Source of the DNA: Dehalococcoidales bacterium
GTDB lineage: Bacteria; Chloroflexota; Dehalococcoidia; Dehalococcoidales; G020351185
Direction of reading: 5' to 3'
DNA: 32,000 nt
Assembly (NCBI GenBank): GCA_963674855.2
Contig: CAXXST010000001.1
Location: forward strand, 307,252 to 339,251
The position numbers and the translations under genes are program-made. Numbering within the stretch: position 1 is the first letter of the stretch; each line of letters starts with the position of its first letter. The notes beneath the pieces are model-generated. The model worked only from the letters and a program-made list of their open reading frames with translations. It searched no databases and was not told the DNA's origin. Shown here piece after piece: positions 25,605-32,000 of this stretch.

Positions 25605-25730
25605 CCTCTCCCTTTGGAAAAGGGAGAGGGAATATTTTATTAAAGGGGCTTTGCCCCTTTAGAACCCCTTTAAAATCCCCTTCTTTATGATGCCCCGTTT
25701 TTTAATAAAGGCAGGGGAAATATTATAAAA
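25605..25730. repeat. mosaic hairpin repeat, locus C (M1 + M2 + degenerate M3-like tail)
   Basis: M1: 11-bp stem cctctcccttt-gga-aaagggagagg (25605-25629). M2: 9-bp stem taaaggggc-ttt-gcccctta (25641-25661) followed by GAAC. The tail aaaatcccc...aataaaggcagggga is a weak M3 relative. Confidence 0.8.
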
Positions 25731-25759
25731 AGTGCCTTACCCTTTCAGGCTGTTCTTGT

Positions 25760-27340
25760 TTACTCTCTATATATTCTGACCCGCCGGTTGGGGTCTTTGC
25801 CGCTGCTGCTGGAGGCAAGCTGGTTTCTTTCGGCAATCAGGTGCTGCAAACGGCGTATATAGGCGCTCTGCGGGCTAAGCTCAACCGTATCGCTTTCCCG
25901 CATAACCTGGCTGGCGGCTTCCTCGGCTTCACGCAGGGCATAATTCAGCGCGCCGGAGCCCCGATTGCTTTTAACGTTATTACCGCCGCCGGGGTGAACG
26001 GTAGCCAGCATCTGCTTCAACTGCAGCGGCGTATGCTTGCGCAGCACGTAAATGGGTAGATTGGCGGCTTCGGCGTCACGGATTTTCTGCGGTTTGCGGC
26101 GATAGTAACTCTTGGAAGTTACCATAAGCTCTGCGTCATTCAGGCTGTCCGCCAGATTGATGTTTATGTGCATTTCCCTGGCTGCCTGCTCCAGCCTGAC
26201 CCGGTTTATACCAAAGGGATAGAGCCTGGGGGTAGCTTTATCAGCGGCTGGAGGGGCTTTATCTGACGGGGCTTTTGTCTTTTTTAGCGGTTTATCTATC
26301 TTGACGCTAACTTCGCCTTCTTCTTCCAGCCAGCGTGTTTCGGTGGCGCTGGGTTGACCGCGCAGCGTATCATCTACCGCCTGAGAAACATCCGGGTGGA
26401 CGGCGACCTTATATCTGTCCTGTATCTCAACCACGATGTCAAAGGTGGGCGGAGATTTGCGCTCCAGTATTGTCTTGCGGCTGTGCCGTCTTTTGGCTTC
26501 CTCGTCTCCCAGGGTTACCGCCTGTATGCCGCCGACAAGGTCTGAAAGCGTCGGGTTGAGCATCAAGTTTTCCAGTGTGTTGCCGTGGGCGGTGCCGATG
26601 AGCTGCACGCCGCGCTCGGCGATGGTGCGTGCCGCCAGAGATTCAAGTTCGGTGCCGATTTCATCAATAATAATAACTTCCGGCATATGGTTTTCAACGG
26701 CTTCAATCATAACCGCGTGCTGCATTGACGGCGTGGCTACCTGCATGCGCCTTGCATGACCGATAGAGGGGTGGGGGATATCGCCGTCTCCGGCTATCTC
26801 ATTGGAAGTATCAACGATTACCACACGTTTTTTAAGGTCATCTGCCAGCACACGGGCAGCTTCGCGAAGCATGGTTGTCTTGCCGATGCCGGGTTTGCCC
26901 AGCAGTAAGATGCTTTTACCGGACTGGATAAGGTCTTCAATAATCTTTATAGTGCCGAAAACCGCCCGCCCCACGCGGCAACTTAACCCAACAATATCTC
27001 CCTTGCGGTTGCGGATGGCTGAAATGCGGTGCAGGGTGCGCTCTATACCTGCCCTGTTATCGCCGCCGAAGCTGCCGATGCGGGAGGTAACGTAATCAAT
27101 ATCCTCCTGGCTTATCTCCTGCGGGCTTATGATAATTTCACGGTTTAGGAAACGGGCGTCGGAGGGACGCCCCAGGTCAAGAACTACCTCCAGTAAATCA
27201 CTGATGTCTTCCTGCTGCCGCAATGGCTTGCGGATATGCGGCGGCAGGATATCAAGCAGGGCGTCCAGATCATCATTGGTTACTTTTGGCAAAGTCAGCC
27301 TCTTCTTACTACCATCCTCTTTGCGCCAGCAGTTCCTCAT
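25760..27340 (-). CDS. AAA ATPase with C-terminal R3H nucleic-acid-binding domain (SpoIIIAA/ycf45-like)
   Basis: Walker [10 protein letters not shown] and Walker B VIIIDEIG. The N-terminal [13 protein letters not shown]...VVLDLGRP is SpoIIIAA-like. The C-terminal [31 protein letters not shown] is an R-x3-H (R3H) motif. ATG 27340 overlaps pdxS by 32 nt; the alternative TTG 27292 follows GAAGAGG and avoids the overlap. Confidence 0.8.
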   Translation of the reverse strand: MRNCWRKEDGSKKRLTLPKVTNDDLDALLDILPPHIRKPLRQQEDISDLLEVVLDLGRPSDARFLNREIIISPQEISQEDIDYVTSRIGSFGGDNRAGIERTLHRISAIRNRKGDIVGLSCRVGRAVFGTIKIIEDLIQSGKSILLLGKPGIGKTTMLREAARVLADDLKKRVVIVDTSNEIAGDGDIPHPSIGHARRMQVATPSMQHAVMIEAVENHMPEVIIIDEIGTELESLAARTIAERGVQLIGTAHGNTLENLMLNPTLSDLVGGIQAVTLGDEEAKRRHSRKTILERKSPPTFDIVVEIQDRYKVAVHPDVSQAVDDTLRGQPSATETRWLEEEGEVSVKIDKPLKKTKAPSDKAPPAADKATPRLYPFGINRVRLEQAAREMHININLADSLNDAELMVTSKSYYRRKPQKIRDAEAANLPIYVLRKHTPLQLKQMLATVHPGGGNNVKSNRGSGALNYALREAEEAASQVMRESDTVELSPQSAYIRRLQHLIAERNQLASSSSGKDPNRRVRIYRE

Positions 27341-28190
27341 CCGGGATTTGCTTTATATCCAAACCGGGCATGGCATCACCCAGCCCTTTGCTTACCTCTG
27401 CAATGATACCGGCATCCTGGTAATGCGTTACCGCCTTAACAACCGCCTTTGCCATCTTCTGCGGTTCAGAAGACTTAAAGATACCAGAGCCAACAAATAC
27501 CCCTTCCGCCCCCAGTTTCATCATAAGGGCGGCATCGGCAGGCGTAGCCACACCACCGGCGGCAAAGTTAACCACCGGCAGCCTGCCGCTATCATGCACC
27601 TGCTTCACCAGTTCCAGCGGCGCCCCCAGTTCCTTGGATATAGCCATCAGCTCGCTATCACAGGCTGAAACAACCCGTTTAATATCACCCATAACCGTGC
27701 GCATATGCCTCACCGCTTCTACTACATTACCCGTACCGGCTTCCCCCTTGGTCCTCATCATCGCCGCCCCTTCCCCGATACGCCGCAGTGCCTCTCCCAG
27801 GTTACGGCATCCGCAGACAAAAGGCACTTTAAAATCATGCTTCCACACATGGTTAACCTCATCGGCAGGGGTTAATACCTCTGATTCGTCTATATAATCC
27901 ACACCGATAGCCTGAAGCACCTCTGCTTCAACAAAATGCCCGATACGGCATTTAGCCATAACCGGTATGGTTACCGCTTTCATAATATCTTCTATAATCC
28001 TGATATCCGCCATCCGCGCCACACCGCCGGCAGCCCTTATATCCGAAGGCACCCTCTCCAGCGCCATCACGGCACAAGCCCCGGCATCTTCGGCTATCTT
28101 AGCCTGCTCGGCATTAATAATATCCATAATGACGCCGCCCTTAAGCATCTGCGCCAATCCTGTCTTAACCTTCCATGTGCCGCTTTCCAT
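27309..28190 (-). CDS. pdxS: pyridoxal 5'-phosphate synthase lyase subunit
   Basis: 293 aa with [40 protein letters not shown] and [16 protein letters not shown]. No pdxT is adjacent. Confidence 0.93.
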   Translation of the reverse strand: MESGTWKVKTGLAQMLKGGVIMDIINAEQAKIAEDAGACAVMALERVPSDIRAAGGVARMADIRIIEDIMKAVTIPVMAKCRIGHFVEAEVLQAIGVDYIDESEVLTPADEVNHVWKHDFKVPFVCGCRNLGEALRRIGEGAAMMRTKGEAGTGNVVEAVRHMRTVMGDIKRVVSACDSELMAISKELGAPLELVKQVHDSGRLPVVNFAAGGVATPADAALMMKLGAEGVFVGSGIFKSSEPQKMAKAVVKAVTHYQDAGIIAEVSKGLGDAMPGLDIKQIPDEELLAQRGW

Positions 28191-28285
28191 AGCTATATAA
28201 CTCCTTATCCCCAGACAAGCCTATTTTACTCTCTGAACACCCCTGTTATCAAGCCGATATATACTAATCAGAACAACCTCTCCCC

Positions 28286-28503
28286 CTTAATCTCCCCTAT
28301 CCTTACTAGGATAGGGGAGATTAAGAAAAGGGGCTGCGCCCCTTTAGAACCTGCTTTATATATTTCAGGCGAAATCCCCTTATTTTATAAAATCTCCCCT
28401 AATCCCTATTTAACAAAGATGGGGAATAATAGCTTATCCCTTAAAATCCACCTAACCCTTCTAAAGATGGAAACAGATAACTTCTCCTTTTGTTAAAGGG
28501 AAG
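28286..28503. repeat. mosaic hairpin repeat, locus D (long M1 palindrome + M2 + duplicated M3-like units)
   Basis: M1: perfect 18-bp stem with a 4-nt loop, cttaatctcccctatcct-tact-aggataggggagattaag (28286-28325). M2: aaaggggc-tgc-gccccttt (28327-28345) followed by AGAAC. M3-like region: 28389-28503, opening with ataaaatctccc as in locus A and containing two sub-units that share ...aaagatgg(g/a)aa.a.ata(g/a)ctt.tcc. Confidence 0.85.
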
Positions 28504-28851
28504 TACACTATTGACAGTGAAATTCTTAATTGAATTACCCAAGGGTAAGAGCCATAGATTATTGCCAAACCATTAAATAGTATCTGTGAAAGCATTCATT
28601 TGGTGCTAATCCATACTTATTGCCTTTGTTTAATCCATCCTGAATTAAAAAAATGCTTTATCTACCAGTGGTTAATCCCTGTTTTGATTTGTGATACAAT
28701 TCTAACTGCGAGGCAAAAGTATATGGTGATAAAGCCCACAACCACGACGCCACAATGCCTTTACTAACATTTAGAGGGAGAGATTAGAGTTCTTATATTA
28801 GGTTAAGGTAACATTCCAGAGGTCTGTTAGCCTTTCTAACACACGTCCCCA

Positions 28852-28881
28852 TTGACAATATTTGCCATCAGGTAATACTAT
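28852..28881 (+). promoter_or_regulatory. candidate promoter of the histidine kinase / response regulator operon
   Basis: TTGACA (28852-28857), an 18-nt spacer, then TACTAT (28876-28881), about 66 nt upstream of ATG 28948. Confidence 0.3.
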
Positions 28882-28947
28882 AAAAGTATATACTTACTAA
28901 TAATCTCATAATTATTATACCAGAGATAGCTTATCCTGCAGGTACTT

Positions 28948-31116
28948 ATGGACAAGATTGATACAAAAAGCGATAAAGAAAATCTTCTTAAAGAATTGAC
29001 ATTACTGCGCAAGCGTGTGACTGAACTTGAAGAGTTCAAAAAGCATAATGGCAGGTTAAACGATATCTTCTCCTCTCTTAAAGACCTGGTCTTTGTCTTG
29101 GATAGGGACGGGGTATTTACCGAATTCTATGCTCCCAGTGAGGAACTATACCTGCCTCCTGAAGATTTCATAGGCAGGAAATACTTCGATGTTATGCCTC
29201 CCCACCTTAATACTCTTTTTAGTAAAGCATTTAAAAAGAATAAGAATGGTAAGGTAGACGAATATTCGTATACGCTCGAGATGGCAGGCAAGCAGCAATG
29301 GTATTATGCCAAACAGTCTCCATTATTTACGGAAGGTCAATTTGCTGGCGCAGTAGCTGTAATCAGGAATATCACTGAGCATAAACAGCTTGATGAAAAG
29401 TTGAAAGAAACCGAAGACAGGTATCGTACTCTTATTGAACTTGGCAACAAGATAGGCGAAGCCGTTATCATGCTCCAAGACATTAATGGCAAAGAGGGTA
29501 TACATACCTATGTAAGTGCCCAATGGCCTCAAATCACAGGCTACTCCAAAAAAGAACTGTTGGGAATGTCTTTCTTTGGACTGGTAAGCCCTCAATTCCG
29601 AGGAGCTTCATTAAAGAGGCATCGGACAAGGATGCACGGTAAGACCATTCCGGATCTTTTTGAATCAGCCATTACCCGCAAGGACGGCGCCGAGATATCA
29701 ATAGAACTTACCAGCGCAGTTACCATCTATAAAAATAAACCAACCAATGTTGTGTATATAAGAGATATAACCGAGCGGAAAAATATGCAGGCAGAATTAA
29801 AAAAATATCATTCATACCTTGAAGAGATAATAGAAGAACGAACCCGGGAACTTGAAGAAACTAAAAATGAACTGGAACGAAAGATAAAAGAGTATGAAGA
29901 TTTGCAGGATGATATGAATTTTATGATGGATAATATACCGCTTTGCCTCATTATCAAGGATAAGAACGGCAGGTTTTTACGTATGGACAAGAGGAGCAGG
30001 GACAGCTTAATGCCAGCTGATGTTATTGGCAAAACTGTATACGATATTCCTGCGTTAGATAGAGACTATTGTGATTTTGAGAATAGATGTGACCAGCAAG
30101 TAATAGAAACCGGCGAACCGCAGGAAGTCATATTTAGCTTTAAAGCAGATAACAGGCAAGGTTTACGGCGTTCCTCTACAGGCCAGCCTAAAGAAGTTCA
30201 ATTTAACGTTGGAGCTAAAATTAGAAAAAGCGCCGAGAAATGGCGTAAAATTGTTAGAATTCCTCACAAAGACAAGAATGGTAATGTTGACCAATTTATT
30301 TTGCTTTCTTTCGATATTAATGATATCAAATATGCAGAGAAAGAGATTAACAGGCTCTACAATGAGGAAAAGAGGTTAAGGAAAAAGTTAGAAAAGCAAA
30401 TGGAGCAAAAACGTGATTTTATCCGGTCTTTAGTGCATGAATTAAAGACCCCGCTTGTGCCACTTATCGGTGCAAGTAGTATGCTGGCGGATAATCTAGG
30501 TGAAGAAGCGAGGCAAAACGCCGCCAGGGTTGTGCTTACAGGCGCCCATAAACTGGAAAAAAGGATTGACGAACTTCTTGACCAGACCAGATTGGAATTA
30601 GGCACCATGAATCTTTCTTTGGGACAGGTAGATGCAGAAAAACTGTTAATCCAGATATTCGATTATATGCAATATCGCGCCGCTAATAAAAAGCAGGTTT
30701 TTAAACTGGATATACCCTCATCATTACCTGAAATATGGGCGGATGAAGACAGATTGGGGCAGGTCATTGTTAACCTGCTGGAAAACGCGTTCAGATATAC
30801 GCCGGAAAAAGGACTGATTACACTGGGCGCAAGCTGCTCAAATAACGAATTGATAATTTATGTTAGGGATAATGGCATCGGCATAAGCAATCACAGGCAA
30901 AAAAACATTTTTCTTTCATACAATAGAGTATCCAGCAAGAAAGATAAATTAAGCGGATTGGGGCTCGGTTTAAACCTATGTAAAATGCTGATAGAACTTC
31001 ACGGGGGGAGCATATGGGTTGAAAGCCAAAAGGGCAAAGGCAGTGTCTTCAGTTTTACCATGCCACTTAAAAGTGAAACTAAGGATAACATTATAATTAA
31101 AGGAGCTTCACTTTGA
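28948..31116 (+). CDS. soluble multi-PAS sensor histidine kinase
   Basis: 722 aa with no hydrophobic TM segment. It has coiled-coil stretches and PAS-like blocks, then H-box HELKTPLVPLIG, N-box LLENAFRYT, G1 VRDNGIGIS and G2 GLGLGLNLCK. About 40% GC on a 60-nt sample. Confidence 0.88.
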   Translation: MDKIDTKSDKENLLKELTLLRKRVTELEEFKKHNGRLNDIFSSLKDLVFVLDRDGVFTEFYAPSEELYLPPEDFIGRKYFDVMPPHLNTLFSKAFKKNKNGKVDEYSYTLEMAGKQQWYYAKQSPLFTEGQFAGAVAVIRNITEHKQLDEKLKETEDRYRTLIELGNKIGEAVIMLQDINGKEGIHTYVSAQWPQITGYSKKELLGMSFFGLVSPQFRGASLKRHRTRMHGKTIPDLFESAITRKDGAEISIELTSAVTIYKNKPTNVVYIRDITERKNMQAELKKYHSYLEEIIEERTRELEETKNELERKIKEYEDLQDDMNFMMDNIPLCLIIKDKNGRFLRMDKRSRDSLMPADVIGKTVYDIPALDRDYCDFENRCDQQVIETGEPQEVIFSFKADNRQGLRRSSTGQPKEVQFNVGAKIRKSAEKWRKIVRIPHKDKNGNVDQFILLSFDINDIKYAEKEINRLYNEEKRLRKKLEKQMEQKRDFIRSLVHELKTPLVPLIGASSMLADNLGEEARQNAARVVLTGAHKLEKRIDELLDQTRLELGTMNLSLGQVDAEKLLIQIFDYMQYRAANKKQVFKLDIPSSLPEIWADEDRLGQVIVNLLENAFRYTPEKGLITLGASCSNNELIIYVRDNGIGISNHRQKNIFLSYNRVSSKKDKLSGLGLGLNLCKMLIELHGGSIWVESQKGKGSVFSFTMPLKSETKDNIIIKGASL

Positions 31117-31799
31117 AGATCCTTATCATTGAAGACGACCAAGAGATAATTGACTTCGTTTCCCTGGCTTTCAAAGTGGGGTGGCCGGCAACCACTTTGC
31201 TTAATACAGATTTCGGGTCAAAAGGTGTAGAGATAGTAGAAACAGAAGAACCAGATATTGTAATTGTTGATCTGGGATTGCCGGACATAAGCGGCTTTGA
31301 AGCAATTAAACAGATACGCCTGTTTTCCTCGGTTCCTATCATTGTTCTAACCGTAAGGTCAGAGGAAGGTTATATAGTGAAAGCGCTGGAATACGGGGCT
31401 GACGATTATATTATAAAACCTTTTAAGCAAATGGAGCTGATAGCGCGCATAAAAGCCATAAGAAGAAGATACCACCAAAGCTCTATTGGGCAGCCCGTTA
31501 TTGATATTGGCAGCCTTCAGTTTGATTCAAGTAGCAGGGAAATTTTCAATGGCAAATCAAGATTATCTTTGACCTTCACCGAGGGCATTATTCTTTCTCA
31601 TCTGGTGAGGAGTGCGGGTAATGTTGTAAGTTATGCCAGCCTGGCTAAAAATATATGGGGAGAAGACCACTCCGATTCTAAAGGCGCTATAAAAGTTTAT
31701 ATCCGCAGGCTTAGGCAAAAACTAGAGATATCATTAAAACAACCAAGGTTTATACTAAACAAGCCCGGTGTCGGCTATTATATATCAAAGGAATCATAA
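31113..31799 (+). CDS. OmpR/PhoB-family response regulator
   Basis: Receiver domain (IIEDD, phospho-acceptor in IVIVDLGLPD, KPF) plus a winged-helix output (VYIRRLRQKL...GVGYYI). TTG start at 31113 overlaps the HK TGA (TTGA), with AAGGAG at 31100-31105. Confidence 0.9.
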   Translation: MKILIIEDDQEIIDFVSLAFKVGWPATTLLNTDFGSKGVEIVETEEPDIVIVDLGLPDISGFEAIKQIRLFSSVPIIVLTVRSEEGYIVKALEYGADDYIIKPFKQMELIARIKAIRRRYHQSSIGQPVIDIGSLQFDSSSREIFNGKSRLSLTFTEGIILSHLVRSAGNVVSYASLAKNIWGEDHSDSKGAIKVYIRRLRQKLEISLKQPRFILNKPGVGYYISKES

Positions 31800-31904
31800 A
31801 GGTGTAATAACGCGATCAACTTTGCGTTTCTTTGTCACTACACCAATCCCCTATTAAACTGCCTCACTATTAAATAGTATATATACATTTCTGTTCATAA
31901 CAAT

Positions 31905-31943
31905 GTAACTATTAGTAACTAATATTCACCTGTTTTGTAACAA
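31905..31943 (+). promoter_or_regulatory. phased GTAAC(T/A)A direct repeats, candidate OmpR-type regulator binding site
   Basis: GTAACTA at 31905-31911 and 31915-31921 (10-bp phasing), plus GTAACAA at 31937-31943 (22 bp further on), in the AT-rich stretch downstream of the regulator gene. Confidence 0.25.
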
Positions 31944-32000
31944 CAATTTATTATTATTACTAGTTATAAATACAAATGCTTTTATTCAAACCCGCTTTTA

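Noticed and set aside
27309-27340. 32-nt overlap between pdxS and the R3H ATPase as a sign of frameshift or fusion
   Set aside because: Both ORFs are intact with full-length motifs. An SD-backed TTG at 27292 offers a non-overlapping start, so this is most likely just start-codon ambiguity.
27936-28496. 186-aa plus-strand ORF
   Set aside because: It is antisense to pdxS and then runs through repeat locus D. It has no motif support.
28526-28537. ttaattgaatta near-palindrome as a dehalobox-like (CprK-type) site
   Set aside because: The half-site spacing (TAATT-G-AATTA) does not match TTAAT-N4-ATTAA. No rdh gene or CRP/FNR regulator is in the window, and such words are expected by chance in AT-rich DNA.
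31809-31838. Possible intrinsic terminator after the response regulator (aacgc...gcgtt followed by tctttgtc)
   Set aside because: A 5-bp stem with a 10-nt loop and a poor T-tract is not convincing.

Overview
This 32-kb window is compact (roughly 90% coding) and about 50% GC by hand counts on 60-nt samples. It carries about 30 protein genes and no rRNA, tRNA, CRISPR, transposase or integrase. Most genes are housekeeping: queA, hpt, ade, glyQS, hppA, thiE, yraN, rnhB, mnmA, tmk, pdxS, an ABC-2 exporter and an MBL hydrolase.

The left end is an anaerobic redox cluster. It has an HdrA-like 3' end and a MetF-MetV fusion, facing an mvhD/flxD-flxC-flxB-flxA-like operon. Gene content, frequent TTG/GTG starts behind AAGGAG, and a soluble PAS histidine kinase with an OmpR-type regulator in an AT-rich tail suggest an anaerobic Chloroflexota/Dehalococcoidia-like organism. 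That assignment is a low-confidence inference.

Four things stand out:
1. An AT-rich (about 35-40% GC), single-gene TIR-domain protein sits exactly between ade and a PRTase gene. It retains the W-x3-E-L catalytic motif and has an unassignable C-terminal domain of about 220 aa. It lies at the tail of a co-directional sbcD-PRTase-TIR string with no sbcC. This is the best candidate for an undescribed defence or signalling module.
2. A mosaic family of pyrimidine-arm/purine-arm hairpin repeats occupies four intergenic gaps. It includes a 40-nt perfect palindrome and 79-nt direct repeats that bracket a small membrane-protein gene.
3. The Hdr/Flx/MetFV gene combination suggests an NAD(P)H-linked, electron-bifurcating methylene-THF reductase.
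4. The catalytic DEAGRG motif of rnhB lies upstream of every canonical start codon.

All functional calls come from reading motifs in the supplied translations. No database search was run.
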